Assembly: GCA_964354495.1 (NCBI GenBank)
Contig: CAYHAA010000001.1
Location: forward strand, 646,936-678,935
Source of the DNA: an uncultured archaeon
GTDB lineage: Archaea; Asgardarchaeota; Thorarchaeia; Thorarchaeales; Thorarchaeaceae
Direction: 5' to 3'
DNA: 32,000 nucleotides
Position 1 is the stretch's first letter; the number at the start of each line of letters is the position of its first letter. This document shows, piece by piece, positions 1-8,310 of the stretch. The translations under genes were made by a program, and so were the position numbers. The notes beneath the pieces were generated by a model. The model worked only from the letters and a program-made list of their open reading frames with translations. It was not told the origin of the DNA and did not search any database.

Positions 1-2
1 AG

Positions 3-335
3 ACCCTTGCAATGCTCCCCTCGACTGAGGACGTTAAGTCGCTCTTATGGCTCTTGAGGCACGCTGTTTCAATTGAAACTGGGATGTCACTCGACGACGG
101 ATTTGACAATTTGATCAGCTATCTTGTGACCACTGATATGTCGATAGAGGACTTGGCGCAGCAGTTTGAATTAAGCATTGGCGATGTCTGTGGCTTGCTG
201 GACACTTCTAGGTGGCTTCTGCACGCCATTTCTGTTTTAGCTGAATTGGGATGCCTTGAGAAGGCCACTGAGATAGCTCAGGGTCTTCGTGAGGCATTGG
301 ATCGACGACTGATAAACAATGTAGAGGAGGACTAA
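3..335 (+). CDS. C-terminal end of a Hel308/Ski2-like SF2 helicase paralogue (partial; runs off the left edge)
   Basis: The frame is open to the window edge. SIEDLAQQFELSIGDVCGLLDTSRWLLHAISVLAE...L.RRL.NNVEED resembles the Hel308 domain-4 ratchet region (f.v.pGDl......a.WLl.a...la ... Rl.yGv.eE). The ORF stops where the HhH domain 5 would begin. Confidence 0.6.
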   Translation, partial: TLAMLPSTEDVKSLLWLLRHAVSIETGMSLDDGFDNLISYLVTTDMSIEDLAQQFELSIGDVCGLLDTSRWLLHAISVLAELGCLEKATEIAQGLREALDRRLINNVEED

Positions 336-340
336 CAATT

Positions 341-2029
341 TTGGATACTCATCTGATTGACGCGAATGAGATTGATGAAGAAATAACGGAAAAAGGATCG
401 ACCGTGAGTCCAAGTGAAGCTGACGTATCAGAAACCTTGAAACTCACCGGTCATATCACAACAGACTATCCAAATGGATTGACACTAGGGGTCAAGCTCG
501 AATCTGTTCCAGGAACTCGAGGCGTGCACGCCGACGTTGTATATGCCTTGGATTTGCGACGAGCTACATTTGGAAAGGGCGGACTTGCCATCCGAGCTGC
601 AGTGCTAGAGACCATAAGTCGAGACCTCGACAAGGTCCTAAATGATGTTGGACTGGGCGAACTTCTTCGTGAACGTGCAGTCCTGACTCCATGGGGTCAC
701 ATGCGATTGCCGTTGTTGCAGGGTGCGTCGCATGGGTCTCTGTCCCTGATGCATGAAACTCGGACCGTGTATGTCATCGTTGAGAACGCAAAGCCTACGT
801 TTGACCTCACCTGGCTTACAGAGGCCGGCAGAATTGTAGCTGCTGACCAGTTCGCTCTTATCAGTCAGAGTGATTCTCGGTCGAAGCTCTCAGATCTGAG
901 GAAGAGCGTTGGGGGCGAAAAGTGGCAGCTTCTTGAAATGGGCTTGACAAAGGGATGGTTCGGTGTCCTTGCCCTGCTCTCGTTCATGATAGGTCTGTCG
1001 ACATCATTCACTATACTCTTGGCAGGTTCGAGTTCGCTCATCATACCCGTACTAGTAAGTCTCGCATCTGGTGTTGTGAGCGGGTGGCTGCTACGCTCGT
1101 CGAGAACCTGCGTTTCAGCGTTTCAGGAAACACTGGCCAAGGAACGTGAGCGTCTTTGTGAGTTGGGCGACACAACTCGAATAACGCGCTCTATTGCGGA
1201 AAACGAGGACAGGCTTCAACTCATTGCTGATCTCAACTTCATAGTTTCGCCTCTTATGGCAGCTGTGGGTACGGCCATCAGCAACGGTGACGTTGATGCA
1301 ACAGTCAGTGTTGCCTGTTCTATTCTTGATGAATGTGTCAGATTGGCTCCCAGACCCTCTGAGTCATCTCCTGTGATTCGTGGAGACGATGGCTTGCGCC
1401 ATTTCATAGGGTTATTCGAGTATCTAGGAGGAAACATCGAGGAGGCGAGTCTTGCACTCGCATATGTTGGCCTCACAGGACACCTGACTAAACGAATAAC
1501 ATTAGGTGAAGCAGTTGCACACCTGACGCAGCTGAACAACGCCCTTTATGACATTGGTGCACTCAGACCCAATATCAAAGAAGCTTTGGACGACCACCTT
1601 AACATGATAGGTTTCAAAGAGACGGTGGATGAGATAGATAAGGAGATTAGGAGTGCAGAGGAGCCCACCCCTGCGTCAAGGGCAAAAACTGATGAAGAGG
1701 GCGTTCGCGACGAGCTGCAACCGGAAGAAGCAGCGCATCTGAAGCGTTTCGACAGCCTCACTGAGGATGACGAACTTCATGATCAGATTCGACAAGCCTC
1801 TGTAGAGGTATCTCCAGATGATGAACCAGTTGCTTTGGTTGATTCTGGTACTAAGATATCTGACTCGACTGAGGAAGTGACCATTGTCGCTACTGACATT
1901 ATTGCTGGGAGGATGAAGAAACAGAAGAGTGAACCTGCCGAACCAGCACAGCTTCTCCTAATTGAGGACTTTGAGTGTATGAAATCAAGCAGTGAAGCAA
2001 AAGAGGAGCGTGGATCTGCTGGCGTCTAG
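341..2029 (+). CDS. Hypothetical membrane protein (2 predicted TM helices, helical middle, acidic C-terminal region)
   Basis: 562-aa ORF with a TTG start after GGAGG. Hydrophobic hairpin GWFGVLALLSFMIGLSTSFTILLAG...LIIPVLVSLASGVVSGWLL. No family recognised. Confidence 0.8.
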   Translation: MDTHLIDANEIDEEITEKGSTVSPSEADVSETLKLTGHITTDYPNGLTLGVKLESVPGTRGVHADVVYALDLRRATFGKGGLAIRAAVLETISRDLDKVLNDVGLGELLRERAVLTPWGHMRLPLLQGASHGSLSLMHETRTVYVIVENAKPTFDLTWLTEAGRIVAADQFALISQSDSRSKLSDLRKSVGGEKWQLLEMGLTKGWFGVLALLSFMIGLSTSFTILLAGSSSLIIPVLVSLASGVVSGWLLRSSRTCVSAFQETLAKERERLCELGDTTRITRSIAENEDRLQLIADLNFIVSPLMAAVGTAISNGDVDATVSVACSILDECVRLAPRPSESSPVIRGDDGLRHFIGLFEYLGGNIEEASLALAYVGLTGHLTKRITLGEAVAHLTQLNNALYDIGALRPNIKEALDDHLNMIGFKETVDEIDKEIRSAEEPTPASRAKTDEEGVRDELQPEEAAHLKRFDSLTEDDELHDQIRQASVEVSPDDEPVALVDSGTKISDSTEEVTIVATDIIAGRMKKQKSEPAEPAQLLLIEDFECMKSSSEAKEERGSAGV

Positions 2030-2705
2030 TGGACCGTTGATGGACGCGCTCGGTCTTAGAGGCCTGATTCACCTGTGGGGAGATGCAGGGTCGGGCAAGA
2101 CACTTTTCGCTGTTGCGCTTGCCTGCGATGTTTCAAGGAATCATCGTGTTGAATGGATCAATACCGATGCGAAGAGGAGTTTCATTTCTCATCTCAAGAA
2201 GAATGCTGTTGCATCAGGTGGCAAAACGGAGAATATTGCAGTCACATTCACGGAGGACCATACAGAGCTATGTACGCTCATCGAAGGACTACCGAGTGCG
2301 ATTGCTGATGTTTCTCTGGTTATTATTGATCCGATCACACGAGTCCTTGACCTGGCTCGGCATAATCCAGTCTTGTGGGGTCGTGAGATCATCGAGGACG
2401 TGTTACCGACACTGACAGGTATTGTGACTCAAAACAACATCGATATCATCATCACTAGCGAAAGCCGCATGATGCAGGACTCAACTAATCATGCAGTCCA
2501 TCACAACTCGATATCAAGATGGGCTGACCATGATCTCTGCATGACCCGCAGCACAGACAAGCCCTATTCGCAGGTATCAAGATTTTCAGAGGATGGAATG
2601 AAGGAACTTGCTTCGATGCGGATAGACAATCGAGGAGTGATTGAAGTCGTACCACAGATGGTTCTGCCGACTGCATCAAGAGGGGTGAACGAACTTGTTT
2701 GGTAA
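1992..2705 (+). CDS. RecA/RadA-superfamily ATPase, RadB/aRadC-like paralogue
   Basis: Walker A GDAGSGKT, WINTD strand, Walker B LVIIDPIT and IIITSE strand. No N-terminal HhH domain. An alternative start exists at ATG 2040. Confidence 0.8.
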   Translation: MKQKRSVDLLASSGPLMDALGLRGLIHLWGDAGSGKTLFAVALACDVSRNHRVEWINTDAKRSFISHLKKNAVASGGKTENIAVTFTEDHTELCTLIEGLPSAIADVSLVIIDPITRVLDLARHNPVLWGREIIEDVLPTLTGIVTQNNIDIIITSESRMMQDSTNHAVHHNSISRWADHDLCMTRSTDKPYSQVSRFSEDGMKELASMRIDNRGVIEVVPQMVLPTASRGVNELVW

Positions 2706-3663
2706 TGTTCTGACGAAGATGATTGTGCTAGTCGTGGGTGGAGCGATAGTTCTCGCTACCGGAGCTGAGTTACTAGCATCGGTGGTTTCCGTGGTACTAG
2801 CGTTTCGATTTGGTAACTTCGTACCGCTTCTCGCTGTAGCTGTGTTGACAATTGTCATACAGATAGTTACCAATCATGCTTCCCATGATTCTCGAGGTTT
2901 CATCGTCATTAAGACGCTAGCGTATGCCATCACTGGCTACCTTGCTTTGACTGTCTTCCTGATAGCTTTTCCCTACGGTCTGATTATATCTATTCTGACA
3001 AGTGGAGCGGTGTGTGTGTTATCATCGGCATTTCGTAAACAGAAGCTAGGCATATACTGGACGAAAGTCAAACAGTCACTCAGTCACTCACAGAACGGAC
3101 TTCACGGACTGGCCAATAGGCAAGTCCCTGTGGGCGATGGGACTTCCTTCAAGCTGAATTCGTTCCATACCATAGTGATTCTGGAGGAAGGCGTCAGAGA
3201 GAAGATTGTTCAATTGCTACGAGAACGTCCGCTCTTGCCAGTTTCGTTCACACACTACGAAGACTGTGATGTCATATTCATCGCTGATGAAAACGATCCT
3301 GTACGATATGAACATGTCATGAAGCTTCTGAAGGACTCGAGTATCGGAGTAAAGGGCCCTGCGTCACCATTGCTTGCAGAGGCTGTGCAGATGGTTCCTA
3401 TACTTGATTCTCGGAATGGCCTGAAGTTCGAGGACTACCGGCTTGCTCGTGATGAGAAGACAATCTGCAGCTTGCTTGCTCAGGCGCCATCGCGTCTGAC
3501 GGTCTTTCCTTCACCCCTCGGGCTTGGCGTACTAATTCCCGCCATGGAGGCTCTAGGAATGAATGTAGAACGCCTCAAACGAGGATGTGAAGCTGATATC
3601 CTACTAAATCGAGAACACTCGCATCTTGAGGAGGTCGAAGAACCTATTGAGGGCACCGCTTGA
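2695..3663 (+). CDS. Hypothetical membrane protein (about 4 N-terminal TM helices, soluble C-terminal domain)
   Basis: 322-aa ORF with a TTG start after GGGGTGA. The first ~115 aa are strongly hydrophobic. Overlaps both neighbouring genes. Confidence 0.8.
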   Translation: MFGNVLTKMIVLVVGGAIVLATGAELLASVVSVVLAFRFGNFVPLLAVAVLTIVIQIVTNHASHDSRGFIVIKTLAYAITGYLALTVFLIAFPYGLIISILTSGAVCVLSSAFRKQKLGIYWTKVKQSLSHSQNGLHGLANRQVPVGDGTSFKLNSFHTIVILEEGVREKIVQLLRERPLLPVSFTHYEDCDVIFIADENDPVRYEHVMKLLKDSSIGVKGPASPLLAEAVQMVPILDSRNGLKFEDYRLARDEKTICSLLAQAPSRLTVFPSPLGLGVLIPAMEALGMNVERLKRGCEADILLNREHSHLEEVEEPIEGTA

Positions 3664-4363
3664 GTCACTTGAAGCAACAACCGAACCATTGTTTCGAATA
3701 CATCCTAGAATATTGAATGATAGTATAGGGAAGCTGTTTCTTCCTCAGCAGATTAGTCTCTTTCACGGACGAGAACGTGCGCCGCTCAGCATACTCGCTC
3801 ACGCAATGGGAGTCTCGGCAGCCAGGATTGAAAACGCAAGCTGTGCTTTCTTGGATTCAGGTACGAACTATATTCCAGCTCTGGTTCGAACACTCTGCGA
3901 CTCAAAGAAAGAGTCGACAGAACTCCTGAAGAGAATCGTAGTTGGGCAGGTCTTCGGATTGGATGATGTTATTGAGAAAGTTCAGCTGCTCCATGATATG
4001 GGCAACATTTCTCTGATCGTTCTCGATAGTATTACTGGCGCCCTAAACCTATCAGGAGCTCCAGGCTGCATTGGTCGCCAGAGAACTCTCTTTGGCACTT
4101 TGGATGTCATTCGACGAGCAAACAATGACCTGAATTCCCACGTAATGATTACTGACCACTCGTCGCAAAACTGGATATCTGGGGCGCCGACTCCCATCGG
4201 CGGGAATGTCCTGTCACATGCTGTAGACAGCGTTGTGCTCGTCGATAGACTGCGCCAAGGCGAGGAACTCGTCCGTATCCTGATTGAACGAAGCCCATCT
4301 CCATCAGCAGCTCCTGGCGTCATAGTCATGGCTGGACCGAAGGGAATCCGGAGTATCAGGTGA
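3626..4363 (+). CDS. RecA/Rad51-fold paralogue with degenerate Walker A (probably an inactive ATPase)
   Basis: Retains AFLDSG, Walker B LIVLDSIT, VMITDH and the RadA-type PIGGNVLSHAVD motif. The P-loop position reads HGRERAPLS (no GKT/S). Start codon uncertain. Confidence 0.75.
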   Translation: MRRSKNLLRAPLESLEATTEPLFRIHPRILNDSIGKLFLPQQISLFHGRERAPLSILAHAMGVSAARIENASCAFLDSGTNYIPALVRTLCDSKKESTELLKRIVVGQVFGLDDVIEKVQLLHDMGNISLIVLDSITGALNLSGAPGCIGRQRTLFGTLDVIRRANNDLNSHVMITDHSSQNWISGAPTPIGGNVLSHAVDSVVLVDRLRQGEELVRILIERSPSPSAAPGVIVMAGPKGIRSIR

Positions 4364-4368
4364 ATTCA

Positions 4369-5364
4369 ATGGGCGTGAAGAATTGGGGCGATGATGTCAT
4401 TCCGTGGAAATGGACGTCAGCATCCTTAATCGCTCCTGGAGCAATCGCTATAGATGTTCCAAACTATCTCACTCGAAGACTTGTCGTGATGCGTGAGAAG
4501 AGGGAGCGAGAAGGAAGGTTACCCTTGAATCATGTTGGAATGTTTCTCAGCCTCCTCAAAGTTGCATTAGGTGCTCACGTTCTTCCCGTCTTCATCTTCG
4601 ATGGTCCCCCAGAATCACGAAAACGCAGCCCGAATCCTGGACTAGTGGAGAAGGCTTCAACTCTCTACAAGAGATTCCAACAGGAGCGGGACCCCTTCAA
4701 CGAAGAAATGTCTGCTGAGCTTCGGAGAAGTCCTGCGCTCAGAGCATACTTTGCTGCCGCGCATTTGAAAGACCTCGGAAGTATCGTGGGCGTTCCAACG
4801 CTTACAGCACCTTCTGAGGCAGAGATGTTTGCAGCTGTTCTCTGTAGGGACGGTGCCGTAAAGACAGTTGTGTCAAATGATGCAGATGCTCTTCTCTTTG
4901 GGAGTCCTCATGTCACGAAACAGATACAGCTCTCATCGAATCGCATTCTCTCCGTTGCATTGAATGATTTTGAGAAGCATCTTGGCCTCGACATCGAGCT
5001 CCTCCGAGATCTTGCAGTCGTTTCAGGATGTGATTTTCATAAGAAGGGTGTTAGGGGTATTGGAGTGAAACGTGGAACGGTCCTTCTTCGCCGATATGGA
5101 GGTCTCGAAGGATTGCTCAAGGCTCACGGCTACTCCCATGCAGAGCGGAGTGAGTTCATCGAGGCGAGGGAAGTGTTTGATGAGGCTTCCTATATGTCTG
5201 CCAAGGATCTGTATCTGACTCTGAACCCTCCGCTTGTGTCCAAATTTGTTGGAGCTCTTGAGATTATCATGTCCTCGAAACATGCAGAAACAATCGCAAG
5301 CAGGATAGTTACCCTATGGCGCGGCTTTGACAACAGGCAGTCAACATTGGAGCAATGGCTCTAG
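4369..5364 (+). CDS. fen1: Flap endonuclease 1 / XPG-Rad2 family nuclease, divergent paralogue with C-terminal PIP box
   Basis: MGVK N-terminus, AID, PVFIFDGPP..K, APSEAE, SNDADALLFG, GCDF, GVRGIGVKRG (H3TH) and the C-terminal PCNA-binding motif RQSTLEQWL. Confidence 0.88.
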   Translation: MGVKNWGDDVIPWKWTSASLIAPGAIAIDVPNYLTRRLVVMREKREREGRLPLNHVGMFLSLLKVALGAHVLPVFIFDGPPESRKRSPNPGLVEKASTLYKRFQQERDPFNEEMSAELRRSPALRAYFAAAHLKDLGSIVGVPTLTAPSEAEMFAAVLCRDGAVKTVVSNDADALLFGSPHVTKQIQLSSNRILSVALNDFEKHLGLDIELLRDLAVVSGCDFHKKGVRGIGVKRGTVLLRRYGGLEGLLKAHGYSHAERSEFIEAREVFDEASYMSAKDLYLTLNPPLVSKFVGALEIIMSSKHAETIASRIVTLWRGFDNRQSTLEQWL

Positions 5365-7406
5365 AATCTCCTCTGTGCTGACCAGATGTCTTTCCATCTC
5401 TGGCTATCCCTGTTTCTTATCTGATGAAGGACTGACATTCTATATGTCTGCGATGACTTGAGTCGTGCGGTGAAGGAGCGATCAGATGCTTCCTCCATAA
5501 TGTCACGCAGTATTCCGGCAACATGATCATTCTTCTTCGCGGGTACCTGTATGTGCGCAACTACGTCATTCGAGTTTCCGACCAACAATCTGACGAAGGG
5601 AAGTCGTCCGGTCATATCATCGATGAGAGAGTCTCTTGACCTTCTATCGTAGCAGTTTGCCACCGCCATCAGTCCATCAGGAAGCCCACAGAATTCTAAT
5701 GCCGGGAAGTAGACTCGATTCAGCACATGGTCACTTATCATCTGATGAAGCAATCTATTTGCTGTCCGAATCGGGAAATCTACCTGGTCAAACAACCATT
5801 TCCTCTGCGTTTTGGAACCCTCGAATCTCCATAGAATACTGAGAAGCTCCGTCTGCCTCTCTGTCAACGAAAACGGTTTGCTATCTATATGCAATGTGGA
5901 GTATTGAACGGTTCTCTTCTTATTCTTCTTCTTGGGTGAATCAATGTCTCCAATATTCTCAAGATTCCACTTTCCAGTTTGCACATTGAAGTAGTCCAAA
6001 TTCATCGATATGATTTCATCCTCAACGACTGCTTCATGCGATCCTCTAGGTAGAGAAATGACCTCAGGTCCGTTGGTCAGGAACGGTTCAATATATACAG
6101 CGCAGCCACGGATTTTCTGCTCGGTCAAAATCATTCTCTCGACAAGTCCGTCATTGAGTATCTCTGACCTCTGAAGAGGCGTGAATATGTACCTATAACG
6201 AAGTCCAAGTTTTCGAAGCGATGGAATATAACGCTCGTGCAGTAGGTGTTCAAGCTTCTGTAGTGCATAGTAAGCTGTGCGCCCTCTGAACTGAGATACT
6301 TGCTCAAGATCCTTGGCGTTTAGGCTTCTGGAGATATTCCGTTTAGCAAGATTCATGCAAAGCCCTGTAAGAGGAGCGTATTTCAGCAAGTTGATCTCTC
6401 GACGGAATAGTTGCAGGAGCTTCTCATATTCGTTCGCTGCTGGTCCATCAGGTCTGAGCGCCAGGACATCCAAACGAGTAGCTGATACAGAACGAACATC
6501 GATTTCTTCTTGGAGATGACCGCTAAATCCCTTCAGCATCGCCAGCTCATCAGAGATTTCTCTCCTGAGAGATGTCCTCAGTTTTTTGCTGTCAGAGTCT
6601 CTGGATTCAATTCTCCGATACCAGTCACTTATCTTTCTAGAGAGAGGATTTGGTTGTGCTATAGAGACATCCAGTTTCGGATCTTGACCAAGGGCTTCAT
6701 TGATCAGCTCATCAGCTTGTTTCAATCTTGTAGCGAGGTCATCCCAAGAAAACTTGCCAGAATAGACACTTAGTGCACGGTCGAGGACTTCTATCTTGAC
6801 CTCTTCCATCATATAGGACCATAGACTGTATAGCCATGGGACGCTCTGGTCAACAATCCGTGAGATGAAGTAGACGCTTAGAATTGCGGCTGACAAGGAA
6901 TCCAAGCCCGGCATCACTGCTGACCAATCTGCTGCACTCGGAACATGCTCTGTGACAATCCTGCTGAGAGCATAAGAGAAAGAGTTAGCCTCTTCTGACT
7001 CCTCTTTCTCCTCTGCCACTTCCGCACCTGTTCCCTCTTCTGTTTCCTCTTCTCCCATCTCTTCTTTAGCCTGTTTTCCAAAGCTCTTGGGCAACAGTGA
7101 TTTGACTTGTTCTCTGAGGGTTCCTCCTGTGGGCTTGAGTGGCCTCATTCGAGTTGTTATCTCATCCATAACCTTTTCATAATTGAGAGGCTTGTTGAGT
7201 GACGCTGGCGTAACTGCGGTATCAGGAAGAGGCGACAGATGAAAGGTCTTCTCGAAAAGCGTTTCATCTAATCTGCCTGAGTCTGTTTTCCAAGAGGATG
7301 AGTCCATGATTATGTGCCTAAGTATATTCAGATCAGAAGTCCGCCTGCTTCTTTTCATCCACTCCAAGTAGCTCTGCTTTTTCTCAGTCAAGCTTGCATA
7401 CATCAT
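5361..7406 (-). CDS. Large hypothetical protein with tandem C-terminal wHTH + Lrp/AsnC-like modules; putative transcriptional regulator
   Basis: 681-aa ORF. HTH-like SLNAKDLEQVSQFRGRTAYYALQKL followed by PSLRKLGL; a second HTH-like LTERQTELLSILW...TANRLLHQM followed by YFP...GL and LP...VP. The stop codon overlaps the fen1 stop in CTAG. The domain call is by pattern only. Confidence 0.55.
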   Translation of the reverse strand: MMYASLTEKKQSYLEWMKRSRRTSDLNILRHIIMDSSSWKTDSGRLDETLFEKTFHLSPLPDTAVTPASLNKPLNYEKVMDEITTRMRPLKPTGGTLREQVKSLLPKSFGKQAKEEMGEEETEEGTGAEVAEEKEESEEANSFSYALSRIVTEHVPSAADWSAVMPGLDSLSAAILSVYFISRIVDQSVPWLYSLWSYMMEEVKIEVLDRALSVYSGKFSWDDLATRLKQADELINEALGQDPKLDVSIAQPNPLSRKISDWYRRIESRDSDSKKLRTSLRREISDELAMLKGFSGHLQEEIDVRSVSATRLDVLALRPDGPAANEYEKLLQLFRREINLLKYAPLTGLCMNLAKRNISRSLNAKDLEQVSQFRGRTAYYALQKLEHLLHERYIPSLRKLGLRYRYIFTPLQRSEILNDGLVERMILTEQKIRGCAVYIEPFLTNGPEVISLPRGSHEAVVEDEIISMNLDYFNVQTGKWNLENIGDIDSPKKKNKKRTVQYSTLHIDSKPFSLTERQTELLSILWRFEGSKTQRKWLFDQVDFPIRTANRLLHQMISDHVLNRVYFPALEFCGLPDGLMAVANCYDRRSRDSLIDDMTGRLPFVRLLVGNSNDVVAHIQVPAKKNDHVAGILRDIMEEASDRSFTARLKSSQTYRMSVLHQIRNRDSQRWKDIWSAQRRF

Positions 7407-7423
7407 CCGTTTTCGTTCTCTGT

Positions 7424-7463
7424 GCCGCTATTGAGAAGTATGTACGCTTTTGTAAATAGCGGC
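7424..7463. promoter_or_regulatory. Perfect 9-bp inverted repeat GCCGCTATT-N22-AATAGCGGC in the divergent promoter region
   Basis: Arms at 7424-7432 and 7455-7463. The spacer contains the TATA-like TTTTGTAAA. Confidence 0.5.
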
Positions 7464-7519
7464 TAATGCTTCTTTCTGCAATTCTACGTGCTTATTAGTG
7501 TCAATTCAGACTTATTGAC

Positions 7520-8098
7520 ATGAAGCGGAATCAACTTACACTTGTCGCTCGGGATTCAATGGCTTACTTCTCAGAATCTGCTCTCGCCGATACCTTGACT
7601 GAGAGTCTATGGGACACCACCAAGAATCACACGCTGAACATTATCTTGCGTGAGCCTGCCCTCATTGAACTTGCTAATCGAAGGGATTCCGGCGTCATTC
7701 CCTTTTGTGACAACCTGCTTCATTCTGAGGACCAGGAGTGTTGGTTCTCTGCTCTCAAGGCACTAGAGGCTCTGAACACATATGATGCTGCACAACGACT
7801 TCTCATTCTGTGTGGGGATTCTGGGACAAGTGACAGAAGAATAGTCCTGAATGTGTTGGCTCGTGTTCTGACATCTTCGCAACGTGAAGGCTTTAGGAGA
7901 CTCCTACGCTCGGTTCTGGCCCCTGGGGAACTTGACATATCCAGATGGACGCCAACGGCATTGCGTGTTCTTGAGTCCGTGTGTCACGAACTTGGATTCT
8001 CTCTCGAAGATACCACAGGGAAGCTCTATGAAACAAACAGATTTGAAGCCGCAGAAGTGCAGTTTGGTACCTTGAGAAGAAGCAAGAAACCACTATAG
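7520..8098 (+). CDS. Hypothetical alpha-helical protein, HEAT-repeat-like
   Basis: 192-aa ORF. LLHSEDQECWFSALKALEAL and DRRIVLNVLARV resemble HEAT/PBS-lyase helical hairpins. Confidence 0.55.
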   Translation: MKRNQLTLVARDSMAYFSESALADTLTESLWDTTKNHTLNIILREPALIELANRRDSGVIPFCDNLLHSEDQECWFSALKALEALNTYDAAQRLLILCGDSGTSDRRIVLNVLARVLTSSQREGFRRLLRSVLAPGELDISRWTPTALRVLESVCHELGFSLEDTTGKLYETNRFEAAEVQFGTLRRSKKPL

Positions 8099-8125
8099 TC
8101 CTTCTTGATGCACTCAAAGGCACCA

Positions 8126-8137
8126 TTCTTCTTTTTT
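8126..8137 (+). terminator. Oligo-T archaeal terminator candidate
   Basis: TTCTTCTTTTTT about 30 nt after the 8098 stop. Confidence 0.45.
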
Positions 8138-8202
8138 GGCTGCAGAAATAAGCCAAAATTGTCTATTTCATGTTATACGAGTTGATGTTCGATTTCTTGA
8201 GA

Positions 8203-8226
8203 CTTGGACAATGCTTTGAGTCCAAG
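8203..8226. promoter_or_regulatory. Palindrome CTTGGAC-N10-GTCCAAG upstream of the surface-protein operon
   Basis: Perfect 7-bp arms at 8203-8209 and 8220-8226, downstream of a weak TATA-like TTATAC at 8173-8178. Confidence 0.35.
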
Positions 8227-8310
8227 GCACCTTGTTACAACGTGAGAGAATGATGTACAGCACGTTGGATACGCATGGCCGATTGCTCGTCGAGCAGAGG
8301 AGGAATTGCT

